From sequence record PP496436.1: a stretch of 64,000 nt of DNA, one strand, 5' to 3'. Both the position numbers and the translations under genes were made by a program. The notes beneath the pieces are model-generated. The model made no database searches, was not told the DNA's origin, and saw only the letters and a list, made by a program, of their open reading frames with translations. Shown in pieces: positions 45,297-54,456 of the stretch; the first letter of the stretch is position 1; each line of letters starts with the position of its first letter.

Positions 45297-46532
45297 ATGA
45301 GCGTTATCATCCCCACCGTAGCGATGGAGAGTGGTCAGCCAGACATGATCATTCAAGGCTGTTCCACTGGTCGCGTCTCTATGGCCGAGCCTAACGAGAG
45401 CGCCAAACCCAAGTCTTCCAAGAAGCTGTACGAACGTGAAGACCTGATGGCGTACGACAGCGAGTCGGAGCACTGGCAGAAGCAGTTGGCCCGCCGCTAC
45501 GCTCACCATGGTGAGATGGTCGGTGTGTTGAACAACGTCGAGGTGGTGCCGGAAGCCACCTACCAGAACTTCGACATGAAGATCACTCCGTACACCGCGC
45601 AGTTGATGGATCAGAACGACCCCAACTGCCCGATTCGTCTGCAGTACATGCCGACCAACAAAGAGCTGGAGTCGATTCAGCGTGAAGAGACCATGCACAA
45701 CGAGCTGGGCGAGGAAGAGGACACCGTCCCCGGTACCTCGGTCGTGCACCGCTACCCGCGCCGCGTCTTGTTCCTGACCACCACCCAGTGCGCTAGCTTC
45801 TGCCGTTACTGCACCCGTGCACGCATCGTCTCTCACGGCGGTGAAGCGGCTATCACCAAGAAGCACCTGGACGCCAGCATCGACTACATCGCCTCGAACA
45901 AGGACATAGAAGACGTGTTGCTGTCCGGCGGTGACCCGTTCATCCTGCCAGACAACAAGCTCGACGAGATCCTCGGTCGTATCCGCGCCGAAGCACCTCA
46001 CGTTCGCTTCCTGCGTATTGGTAGCCGACTGCCGGTACAGATGCCGACTCGTATCACTCCAGAGCTGTGCGAGATTCTGGAACGCCACAACGTCAACATG
46101 GTCAACATCCATGTGAACCACCCGAAAGAGGTCACCCCACTGCTGGCCTCCCGGATGAAGATGTTGCGCAAAGCTGGCGTGATGATCGGTAATCAGGCGG
46201 TCCTCCTGAAAGGCGTGAACGACTCCATCGAGGTGATGACCGAGCTGTGCTTGCGCATGGTCGAGATGGGTGTGCGTCCGTACTACGTCTACTCCAACGA
46301 TCCGGTTGCGCAGGCCGCACACTTCACCGTCTCGCTCCGTGATATGCTGGACATCAACGAAGGCATGCGTGGCTTCCTGTCCGGCCCGGCAATGCCCACC
46401 TTCGTGGTGGACGGCGTGGGTGGCTTGGGCAAGATGCCCGTGCAGAAAGAGTATGTGACAGTACTGGGGAGTGGTAAGATCTGGGCCACCAACTTCGAAG
46501 GAATGACCACTCGCATGCCCCATCTGGAGTAA
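45297..46532 (+). CDS. kamA: Lysine 2,3-aminomutase (radical SAM, PLP)
   Basis: HRYPRRVLFL, CASFCRYCTR (CxxxCxxC), LLSGGDP, RIGSR, HVNHPKE, NQAVLLKGVND, PYYVYSND, PTFVVDGVGGLGKMP. Confidence 0.93.
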   Translation: MSVIIPTVAMESGQPDMIIQGCSTGRVSMAEPNESAKPKSSKKLYEREDLMAYDSESEHWQKQLARRYAHHGEMVGVLNNVEVVPEATYQNFDMKITPYTAQLMDQNDPNCPIRLQYMPTNKELESIQREETMHNELGEEEDTVPGTSVVHRYPRRVLFLTTTQCASFCRYCTRARIVSHGGEAAITKKHLDASIDYIASNKDIEDVLLSGGDPFILPDNKLDEILGRIRAEAPHVRFLRIGSRLPVQMPTRITPELCEILERHNVNMVNIHVNHPKEVTPLLASRMKMLRKAGVMIGNQAVLLKGVNDSIEVMTELCLRMVEMGVRPYYVYSNDPVAQAAHFTVSLRDMLDINEGMRGFLSGPAMPTFVVDGVGGLGKMPVQKEYVTVLGSGKIWATNFEGMTTRMPHLE

Positions 46533-46595
46533 GCGGCACAGACACTCCCTAGTTCCAGTGTACAAGCTTCAAACGCCCCATTTGCGCTAGGTCCT

Positions 46596-46601
46596 GTAAA
46601 T
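46596..46601 (+). promoter_or_regulatory. GTAAAT motif
   Basis: CTGTAAATGGGGTTG in the intergenic gap before 46683. The same 15-mer occurs at 45063. Confidence 0.45.
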
Positions 46602-46682
46602 GGGGTTGCTTATCAGCGTTGCAATGTGTTACGCTGGATTGGACCCATATTATTCCGATAACCGAACCACCGAGGTATCACC

Positions 46683-47117
46683 ATGAGCTTCTCCGTAACC
46701 GTAGCTGCACAGACCATCGCTGCCCCCGAGTCGCTGGGTAGCCCGAAAGGCATCAGCGTCCTCGAAGCCAACGAAGGCTTTGCTGTCATTGAATTCCAAC
46801 GTCCTCGCGCCTCGAAGCGTGACCAGATCGCCGTCCCCCGCGTCCAGATCCTTTCCCTGAGCCACGGCAGCGCCGACGGCGACAGCGGTTACCTGATCGC
46901 TCAAGGCATGGCCGGCGTGGCTGACGAATTCGAAGCCGCAAGCTTCACCATCGAAGGCAACGTTGCCACGTTCGTGACCGCTGAAGGCGCCACCATCGAA
47001 ACCGACGCACGTCTGACCCGCATCCTCGCTTACGGCGTGGAAGAAGGCGAAGGCAGCCTGCTGGGCGCGCCGAAGAAGAAAGCTGGCAAAGAAAAAGCAA
47101 GTACCAAGAAGAAGTAA
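46683..47117 (+). CDS. Hypothetical protein with Lys-rich C-terminal tail, probably highly expressed
   Basis: Ends PKKKAGKEKASTKKK. Strong codon bias, GAGG RBS and its own terminator. Confidence 0.75.
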   Translation: MSFSVTVAAQTIAAPESLGSPKGISVLEANEGFAVIEFQRPRASKRDQIAVPRVQILSLSHGSADGDSGYLIAQGMAGVADEFEAASFTIEGNVATFVTAEGATIETDARLTRILAYGVEEGEGSLLGAPKKKAGKEKASTKKK

Positions 47118-47146
47118 TCAACACGGCCCGCGCCGGTTGAACTAAG

Positions 47147-47178
47147 AAAAAGCCCCTTCCGTTTGGTTGGGGCTTTTT
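47147..47178 (+). terminator. Intrinsic terminator
   Basis: AAAAAGCCCC...GGGGCTTTTT. Confidence 0.85.
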
Positions 47179-47197
47179 CGTTATACCGAGGTGTCCC

Positions 47198-47518
47198 ATG
47201 GCTAAAGACAGATTCCTGATCTACTCCAACAAATGCTTAGGGTGTAAACACCTCGTTGATGGAGCCAAGAAGACCTACACTGCTTGTCACTACAGTGTAG
47301 GCAACGAACGCTGCCCCGCGCAGTACGTCCAGATTATTACGGGTGTGGATATCCATGCCTTGGCTACTGAGTTGGCAAACGCCATCAGGGCCAACGATTC
47401 CAAGAAGTACGATCGGGTGAACGCCAAGATCGGTAAATTGGACACTGTGATTGCCAGCAGCGTGAAGCTGGCCGCAGATAACCTAATAGCAGGGGCCGGT
47501 GATGGCGAAGGTAAATAG
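47198..47518 (+). CDS. Hypothetical protein with Cys motifs
   Basis: CLGCKH..CHY..RCP, with GAGG RBS. Confidence 0.65.
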   Translation: MAKDRFLIYSNKCLGCKHLVDGAKKTYTACHYSVGNERCPAQYVQIITGVDIHALATELANAIRANDSKKYDRVNAKIGKLDTVIASSVKLAADNLIAGAGDGEGK

Positions 47519-49472
47519 TAAGCAGGAAGGTTACAGCGCCGACAGCGTTCGGGCACTGACCGGTTTGGAAGTAATCCGCAACAACATCTCGATGTACATC
47601 GGGTCTACCGACTCTGACGCACTGTTCACTCTGGCCCGCGAACCGTTGGACAACGCGGTGGACGAGGCTCTGGCTGGTCGTAACGACGAAGTGTTCTTCC
47701 GTGCACATGGCACGTGGAAAGGTTCATCGTTCACCCCGACCGTTATGTTGATCGCAGACAACGGTACCGGTATCCCGATTGAGAAGCCAAAGGGTGAGAC
47801 GCGTTCCGCACTGGAGATCGTGACCAGTCACGTGCACGGCGGCGGCAAGTTCAAAGACGCTGGCGCCTACGCTGCATCGATTGGTACGCACGGCGTGGGT
47901 ATCAAGGCGACCAACGCCCTGTCCTCCTCGTTCTCAGCGTACACGTTCCGCAACAAGAAGTGGCACGTGATCCACTACAAAGACTCCAAGCTGGTCAAGC
48001 CGCCAGCGGAAGCCAGTGCGTTAGAAATGAAGTCGCTGTGGGGTGAACTGGGTGAGACCCGGAAGCGCGGCACTGTCATCCGCTTCTCCCCGGACTACAG
48101 CTTCCTCGATAAAGGTTCGGCACTGTCTATCGCAGACCTGACCCACTGGTTCGAACTGCGCGCCTACTTCAACTCAGGCATCAAGTTCCGCATGGAGTAC
48201 GCCCAAGCCAAGAAGGAAGACTTCAAGGCGCTGGAGTTCTACCACGACGATGGTCTGAACGACTACATGAAGATGCGCTTGAAAGAACTCAAGTGCGAGT
48301 TGATGACCGACAGCCACTTCTCGATCCACACGCCGCATCTTGATGTGATCCTCGCCTTCAGTGATACCGACGGCTGCAAGGTGGACAGCTACACCAACAC
48401 CATGTACAACTCTGTTGGCGGCAACCATCAGCGTTCCACGTTCACCATGATTTCCGAAGCGCTGGCCCCCTATGCAGGCAAGCTCGAATTCCACAAGGAT
48501 GACATTCGGGAAGGTGTGGTCGGCCTGATCAACTTCAAGATCGATACGCCGAAGTTCGCCAGTCAGACCAAGGAACGCTTGGCTGACCCCCGCTTCGAGA
48601 TCCTGTGCACTGAGGAACTGGAAGAGGCGCTCACCAAGTTCTTCAAGAAGAACAAGGATCTGGCAAAGCAACTCTGCGAGCGGGCAGCTCGACTGCGTGA
48701 CCTCAAGGACAAGTTCAGCCTAACTAAGAAGGCGGCTACCGCCCTCAAGAAGTTGCGGTCAGGTGGATCTCTGCTGCCGGGCAAGCTGACTGAGGTTAAG
48801 GACTGCTCCGTAGAGGAGCGTGAGCTGTTCACAGTGGAAGGTGACTCGGCGGGCGGTACTGCCAAAGGCGCTCGTATGCAGGAACCATATCGCTATCAGG
48901 AAACACTGGCCCTCAAGGGTAAGATCCTGAACGTGATCAAGGAAGTGGAGAAGGGCAAGGGCGACGCTATCTGGGACTCCCACGAAGTGCAGTGCATCTT
49001 GACGTCCCTCGGCTACAAGCCCGAAGCCAAAGATCCGCTCAAGGAGCTGCGCGTAGGCAAGATGATCCTCATGGCCGACGCCGACGATGACGGTGCTCAT
49101 ATCGCCATGCTGCAGATCGCGTTGATCGCCAAGTTCCTCCCAGGTATGTTCGACATGGGTATGGTGTATATAGCTGATCTGCCCAAGCGCATGTGCACGG
49201 TTAAGGAGAAGGGCCGGAACAAGATGTACTTCGGCAACACGGTCGATGAGATCAAAGCCCAGATCCCACACGTCAAGGAACCGCCGATTGTTTATCTGAA
49301 AGGGCTGGGTGAGATGAACGCTGACGCATTGCGTTATACTGCCTTCGACCCGGAAACCCGCAAGCTGATCAAGATCATGCCGCCGTCCGCAGCTGACCTA
49401 CTGGACATCGACCGGCTTATGGGTGTGTCCACGGCGGAGCGTAAGCGCTTGCTGGGCATCGAGACCGAGTAA
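47502..49472 (+). CDS. gyrB: Type IIA topoisomerase subunit B (GyrB/ParE-like)
   Basis: EPLDNAVDE, DNGTGIP, HGGGKF, GTHGVGIKATNALS, VEGDSAGG, LKGKILN, DADDDG, YLKGLGEMN. Confidence 0.93.
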   Translation: MAKVNSKQEGYSADSVRALTGLEVIRNNISMYIGSTDSDALFTLAREPLDNAVDEALAGRNDEVFFRAHGTWKGSSFTPTVMLIADNGTGIPIEKPKGETRSALEIVTSHVHGGGKFKDAGAYAASIGTHGVGIKATNALSSSFSAYTFRNKKWHVIHYKDSKLVKPPAEASALEMKSLWGELGETRKRGTVIRFSPDYSFLDKGSALSIADLTHWFELRAYFNSGIKFRMEYAQAKKEDFKALEFYHDDGLNDYMKMRLKELKCELMTDSHFSIHTPHLDVILAFSDTDGCKVDSYTNTMYNSVGGNHQRSTFTMISEALAPYAGKLEFHKDDIREGVVGLINFKIDTPKFASQTKERLADPRFEILCTEELEEALTKFFKKNKDLAKQLCERAARLRDLKDKFSLTKKAATALKKLRSGGSLLPGKLTEVKDCSVEERELFTVEGDSAGGTAKGARMQEPYRYQETLALKGKILNVIKEVEKGKGDAIWDSHEVQCILTSLGYKPEAKDPLKELRVGKMILMADADDDGAHIAMLQIALIAKFLPGMFDMGMVYIADLPKRMCTVKEKGRNKMYFGNTVDEIKAQIPHVKEPPIVYLKGLGEMNADALRYTAFDPETRKLIKIMPPSAADLLDIDRLMGVSTAERKRLLGIETE

Positions 49473-49557
49473 TTCGCCCCATTGCATACCCCGATCCGTT
49501 GCGCCCCGCCTGGAGCGTTATACGCGGTCGGGTAAATGCTGGGTAGTGAGGTGATTC

Positions 49558-49773
49558 ATGCGCAACACAATGATGAAGGCGGTCAAGTGCAAGACCTGCA
49601 ATGGTGAAGGGTTCACGGTTGATACGTCTCGGTCCAAAGGATCGATGGACGAACAGATAGACCGATGCCACACGTGCAAGGGCCAAAAGGTGGTGATCGT
49701 TAAGATCGTTGACCCGTCCCCGGAAGACCAAGCCAATCAGTACGCTGCCCTATACGAACAGGATAAGAAGTAA
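49558..49773 (+). CDS. Small CxxCxGxG zinc-finger protein
   Basis: CKTCNGEG...CHTCKGQK, with GAGG RBS. Confidence 0.65.
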   Translation: MRNTMMKAVKCKTCNGEGFTVDTSRSKGSMDEQIDRCHTCKGQKVVIVKIVDPSPEDQANQYAALYEQDKK

Positions 49774-51281
49774 TGGCGAAGCCAACGAGCAAGACCCGAG
49801 CTGCCAAAGTTAAAGCGGGAATCGCAGCAGACGTAAACATCCGGGAAGTTCCCATTCTGGAATGGTCTATCGAGGCGTACATCGATACATACGCCAAGAT
49901 GACTCTGGAAGACCGAGCCATCCCCGACGTGATCGACGGCCTGATGCCATCGGAGCGTCGCACCATCTGGGCAGCTCATGTCCTGAATGCCCACCACGAA
50001 GGCAAGTTCTACAAAGCCGCCCGTATCGTCGGCGACGTGATCGGCAAGTTCCACCCTCATGGTGACACGTCGGCGTACGGTACGCTAGTTAAGAGCGTGA
50101 TGCATCTGTGCCACCCGTATTTCCTCGGGCAAGGTAACTGGGGTACGGTCGAGGAACCCAAGAAGTTCGCGGCCATGCGATACACCGAGACGAAGCTGTC
50201 CAAGTACAGCGGACTGGTCTTGCTGGACAAAGACTACTTGGCTGTGACCGAGATGGTGCCTACGTACGACGGCTCATTGCGAGAACCGTTCGTGCTTCCG
50301 GCGCTGCTCCCCAACCTGCTGATTAACGGCACGTACGGCGTGGCGACAGGTGCGACCACGTATTGTCCGTCGTTCAAGATCGAAGGGGTTATCGCACTGG
50401 TTCAGAAGGCCCTGAAAGGTTCGAAGCTTCGTGCACGTGACTGCCACAACCTGCTGGAGTTCAACACCCCGTACGGCGGCTACGCTGTCGTAGACGAGGA
50501 CGATGAAGAAGAGGTGGCGGAACTCACCAGCATCTTCGAGACGGGGGTGGGTCGAGTCTACTATGCCTGCGACTACGAACTACTGGAAGACAAGCATGCG
50601 GCACTGGTGACCGGGTTCGTACCTTATCAGTCGGTCACCGCAGCCGTCCTCAAGATCGGTGAGGACGAACGCGTTGCCGAAGTTAAAGACGTATCGGGTA
50701 TCAACGAGGCGGGTGATGTTGAGATCGCCTACCAGATCACGTTCAAGCGCAGCGTCAGCAAGATGATGTTGCAGGAAGTGGCCGACGAAGTACTGTCTGC
50801 ATTCGACCGGGTTCAAAACTTCAAGATGAACGTCAACCAGCGGCGCTGGAACGAGATGGACGGTAAAGCTAACTCGACGTTTGGCAGTACCGGCGTGCTC
50901 GGTGTAGTAGAGACGTGGGTGGCATGGCGGCTGGCGCTGGAGCAACGGTACCTGGAGTACAAGAACTCGAAGCTGGAGCAACGCAACTGGGCCATCAATA
51001 CCCTGCTGCTCGCGGCCAATGCGCTGGATGTTATCATGGCAGGCTTGAAGCGGGACGATACCGAGGCCTACATCAAGTCCAAGCTCAAGATCACTGATGA
51101 GCAGGTCGAGTATATCCTTGACCGTCAAGTGCGGTCCCTGAAGAAGCTTAATCAGGATCGACTCAAGTCTGAGCTGAAAGAAAACCTGGCGACCATCAAA
51201 CACCACAAGGAAATGATCAAGACTCCAGAGGTTCCTGTGGCGGCACAACTAAAAGACTTCGCCAAGACACTGGCTGAGTAA
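49773..51281 (+). CDS. gyrA: Type IIA topoisomerase subunit A (GyrA/ParC-like, no C-terminal pinwheel)
   Basis: RAIPDVIDGL, GKFHPHGD, GQGNWG, AAMRYTE (catalytic Tyr), LLINGTYGVATG. Only 502 aa. Confidence 0.93.
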   Translation: MAKPTSKTRAAKVKAGIAADVNIREVPILEWSIEAYIDTYAKMTLEDRAIPDVIDGLMPSERRTIWAAHVLNAHHEGKFYKAARIVGDVIGKFHPHGDTSAYGTLVKSVMHLCHPYFLGQGNWGTVEEPKKFAAMRYTETKLSKYSGLVLLDKDYLAVTEMVPTYDGSLREPFVLPALLPNLLINGTYGVATGATTYCPSFKIEGVIALVQKALKGSKLRARDCHNLLEFNTPYGGYAVVDEDDEEEVAELTSIFETGVGRVYYACDYELLEDKHAALVTGFVPYQSVTAAVLKIGEDERVAEVKDVSGINEAGDVEIAYQITFKRSVSKMMLQEVADEVLSAFDRVQNFKMNVNQRRWNEMDGKANSTFGSTGVLGVVETWVAWRLALEQRYLEYKNSKLEQRNWAINTLLLAANALDVIMAGLKRDDTEAYIKSKLKITDEQVEYILDRQVRSLKKLNQDRLKSELKENLATIKHHKEMIKTPEVPVAAQLKDFAKTLAE

Positions 51282-51308
51282 CCCAATCCGAAACATGAGG
51301 CACATCCC

Positions 51309-52001
51309 ATGGCGAGCACGCTGGGCATTAAAGAAGCACAAGACATACTGGGGCTGGAACCGGGCGCTGACCTTGCCGACGTCAAAAAGGCGGTGCGCAA
51401 GCTGTGCCAAAGGTTCCACCCGGACAAGGAAGGCGGTGACCCTGAGATGTTCCGACGTGTACGGGAAGCTGGGGAGTTGCTGGAGGAGATTCTGGCGGAT
51501 CACGACATCATCCCGAATGAGGAATACCTGGACGCGCTCAACTACGTCATCACCATGCTCGGCCAGAAGTACGTGGCGGCTGAGATGGACGGGATGAATG
51601 CCAGGCGTCGTGTCGCGATCAAGATGACCAACGACGTTTTCAGCTTCCACAACCTGCAGCAAGCGGCCTTCGCAGCGGCAGCCCCGCCCAGTGCAGAGTC
51701 CTACGTGTTGAACGAACTCGAACAGGAGATCAAAGTCAACATCGATGAGTTCAATTCATCTATCGAACGGCACTCTGTTCAGGGTAAAGGGCTGCGCATG
51801 TTGATGCAAAACATGAAAGCGCCGAAGATGGCCTACTCCGTGTGGCAAGACGCTCGGGATTCCTTGGCGCAGGCTATTCGCCAGCAACGCAACAACATCC
51901 GCATGGCGAAGATCCGGCTGCAAGCACTGGAAGAGTTCGAAGCCATCCAGCACAAGCGCAAGCAGGAAGCCATTCGTCTGGCCCATGGGGTGCGCTCATG
52001 A
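51309..52001 (+). CDS. J-domain (DnaJ-like) protein
   Basis: ILGLEPGADLADVKKAVRKLCQRFHPDKEGGDPEMF, with intact HPD. Confidence 0.85.
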   Translation: MASTLGIKEAQDILGLEPGADLADVKKAVRKLCQRFHPDKEGGDPEMFRRVREAGELLEEILADHDIIPNEEYLDALNYVITMLGQKYVAAEMDGMNARRRVAIKMTNDVFSFHNLQQAAFAAAAPPSAESYVLNELEQEIKVNIDEFNSSIERHSVQGKGLRMLMQNMKAPKMAYSVWQDARDSLAQAIRQQRNNIRMAKIRLQALEEFEAIQHKRKQEAIRLAHGVRS

Positions 52002-52609
52002 TCTCGGAGCAAATGGTGCACTGGTTGAAGACCGCAGCTCCGTGGAAGCCCGTGCTGATCGTGGATATCGACGGTGTGATCTTGAACAACGAACATCGCC
52101 TGCATCACATCGTGCACACGGTGGACGGCGTTCAGGTGAACCGTACGGATGCGGACTGGGAGGCCTTCCATGCCAAAGGCTCCATGGATACGCCGGGCGC
52201 GGCGGCAGCGTTCATTGAGGCAGCTTACAACACGTTCACTCCGATCTTCGTTACGGCCCGTGTGGCCTTTGGTGAGCAGCGCAAGCACGTGCACCAGATG
52301 CTTGAGAAGACGTTGCCCAAGATCAAGGACATCAACTGGCGTACAGGTTGCCCGTCCAAGGATGAGATATTTCCATTGTTCATGCGGGCGCCCAACGAGA
52401 ACTGGGACACACAGAAGGTGGGCGGTGGGGACGCCATCGTGCACCACTCTGATTACAAGCGAGTGGCGATCCAGTGGCTTCGGGCTCAAGGTATAAATCC
52501 CATGGCTGGTCTGGATGACTCCCTTACCATTTGCAAGATGTTCGCGGAGGAAGGCCTCCTGAGCTTGCGAGTGCACAACCACGTAGCAGATGCGGCGCTG
52601 ATGCGCTGA
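51998..52609 (+). CDS. HAD-family phosphatase (PNKP 3'-phosphatase-like)
   Basis: IVDIDG, FVTAR, LFMR, DYKR, GLDDS. Start re-assigned to the ATGA overlap at 51998. Confidence 0.8.
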   Translation: MISEQMVHWLKTAAPWKPVLIVDIDGVILNNEHRLHHIVHTVDGVQVNRTDADWEAFHAKGSMDTPGAAAAFIEAAYNTFTPIFVTARVAFGEQRKHVHQMLEKTLPKIKDINWRTGCPSKDEIFPLFMRAPNENWDTQKVGGGDAIVHHSDYKRVAIQWLRAQGINPMAGLDDSLTICKMFAEEGLLSLRVHNHVADAALMR

Positions 52610-52619
52610 GGATAAGAAC

Positions 52620-53003
52620 ATGAAGACTGAACAAGAAATGCAGCGCGCCAAGATTTCCCAATCGATGGCCGCGCTTCTTAACGATGCCGTCGGCGGATCG
52701 ATTGGTTCTTCGTTGCGTGACCTGGGAAACGCGACCATGGGTAAACCTGAAGCAGCTCACGAAGGTGGTATGTCCGCCGCCATGCGACAGGAGAAAGAGT
52801 CGCTGGAAAAGTTCGGTGACAACTACCTTACCATGATGAGCAGACCGAAACACAAGCGCAAGGTGATGAACCGAGCGATCACGCGGGTCAACGCCATCGT
52901 CTCCAAACATGGCGTGTGCCCAAAGGTGCTGGCGCCGGTCCGCTTCGTGTCGTCTAAGACGGACGTGTTCAAACTGGCTAAGATAAAACTGATCAAAGCG
53001 TAA
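52620..53003 (+). CDS. Hypothetical protein
   Basis: 127 aa with GAGG RBS. Confidence 0.65.
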   Translation: MKTEQEMQRAKISQSMAALLNDAVGGSIGSSLRDLGNATMGKPEAAHEGGMSAAMRQEKESLEKFGDNYLTMMSRPKHKRKVMNRAITRVNAIVSKHGVCPKVLAPVRFVSSKTDVFKLAKIKLIKA

Positions 53004-53015
53004 GGTGAGTAAACC

Positions 53016-53041
53016 AATGCCCGGCCTAACCGTCGGGCATT
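53016..53041 (+). terminator. Hairpin, possible terminator
   Basis: AATGCCCGGC-CTAACC-GTCGGGCATT, with a weak U tract. Confidence 0.4.
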
Positions 53042-53049
53042 GTCGCCTG

Positions 53050-53079
53050 TTGACAGCCCGCTTCGACGTGTGGCATACT
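53050..53079 (+). promoter_or_regulatory. Sigma70-type promoter
   Basis: TTGACA-18 nt (ending TGG)-CATACT. Confidence 0.65.
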
Positions 53080-53148
53080 GGCACCATGGGGCTACCATGG
53101 CCCCGGAAATGCTGGATCGACCAGCCACTGTCCTAAGAGGAAAGCACC

Positions 53149-53571
53149 ATGTCCAAGCCCGTACCCACCCTGTTCCTTAAGGCCCCGTTCGAAATCGTCT
53201 GGGGTAAACCGGAAGATGGCAACGAACTGCCGGGATCTCCGTTTGACGGCATCAACGTCAAAGGCAATGACTACGCTGCCAGCGCACAAGATCTTATGCT
53301 GCTGCACACGATGGTCGATGACTGGGCCTTCGTTCGCTTCACCGTGTTCGGCTTCGAGTTGACTCTGGATCAGATGCTGATGCTTTGCTGGTGGGAAGAC
53401 AAACGCCCGGCGCACTGGTCAATGGCAGAGCATGTGGACAATCCCCAAGTGAATACTGCCAGCCCTAACGAGGCAACTCTCGCCCAGCGCTGTGCCCAGA
53501 TTATTTCAGTCGCATTGGGCAGCGCCGGGAATTGCATTCTTGATACCGAGTCGAATCCCAGCAACATCTGA
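53149..53571 (+). CDS. Hypothetical protein
   Basis: 140 aa with GAGGA RBS. Confidence 0.65.
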   Translation: MSKPVPTLFLKAPFEIVWGKPEDGNELPGSPFDGINVKGNDYAASAQDLMLLHTMVDDWAFVRFTVFGFELTLDQMLMLCWWEDKRPAHWSMAEHVDNPQVNTASPNEATLAQRCAQIISVALGSAGNCILDTESNPSNI

Positions 53572-53627
53572 TTAACACACGGACCTTTCGGGGTCCGTTT
53601 CCACTATGTCCCAAAGAGGAATGCAAC

Positions 53628-53981
53628 ATGAGCCGTGCACCCGTTCGCAACAGGGTATACACCCTAGGTGAAATCATCGACGATCTGTTCCTACGTGACA
53701 CACCGTGTCTGCTGGTGTACGTCGGTGATGGTGGTAGCCCGATCAAGAGCTACTACCCTGTCAACTATGAAGGCACCTACGAAGAGATGCGTAAGCTGCC
53801 GGGCTGGGAAGACAGCCGCTGGACGTTCACTCGCGAGACCAGTGAATGGATTCCAGTCTTCCACTGGGACAACGATCAGGGTAGTCCATCGCAACTGGTG
53901 CAGGTGACCCGCAGCGAGTACTTCGATCTGGAGCACACGTCCATGGATCGTCTCATCGTAACCCCGAAAGAGGTGGCTTGA
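53628..53981 (+). CDS. Hypothetical protein
   Basis: 117 aa with GAGGA RBS. Confidence 0.65.
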   Translation: MSRAPVRNRVYTLGEIIDDLFLRDTPCLLVYVGDGGSPIKSYYPVNYEGTYEEMRKLPGWEDSRWTFTRETSEWIPVFHWDNDQGSPSQLVQVTRSEYFDLEHTSMDRLIVTPKEVA

Positions 53982-53982
53982 C

Positions 53983-54447
53983 ATGATCCAGATGGCACGT
54001 GACATTGACTTTTCCCTTCCGCACTCCAGCTCCAACTCGGTCAATTTCATCTTGCATGTAGGAAAGATCAAGAACGGTGAGCGTGTAGATTCCTTCGCGT
54101 CAGACGAGTTGAAGCTTACAATCGAATCCACCAATCTGGACGGGGTGCTTATCAGCCTGCTGGCTAAAGCGTCCAACCTAGAACTACCTACCGTTGCACG
54201 GGCCGGACTTGATTATCTGATCGAGCGTGTCCAGCGGCAGTACGATTATGCTGTGATCGAGAACAGCTTCTACCGAACCATTCAAGGCTCTGATAATAAG
54301 GGTATGGGTATCCGCCGCAATAAGCAGGTGACTGGCAACCGGGAGTACACATTGAAAGAGTGGGCTGCGTGCTTCCTCCGGGGCCAAGGTGCCTATCCCG
54401 AGTACGAACGGGAGTTCTTATCGAGCCCCTGCCCTCCCCGCTTCTGA
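53983..54447 (+). CDS. Hypothetical protein
   Basis: 154 aa with GAGG RBS. Confidence 0.65.
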   Translation: MIQMARDIDFSLPHSSSNSVNFILHVGKIKNGERVDSFASDELKLTIESTNLDGVLISLLAKASNLELPTVARAGLDYLIERVQRQYDYAVIENSFYRTIQGSDNKGMGIRRNKQVTGNREYTLKEWAACFLRGQGAYPEYEREFLSSPCPPRF

Positions 54448-54456
54448 GTAATCGAT

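Noticed and set aside
45297-46532. Interpreting KamA simply as EpmB for EF-P modification
   Set aside because: No EpmA or EF-P gene is in the window, and the context is an amide-ligase cluster. It is kept only as an alternative.
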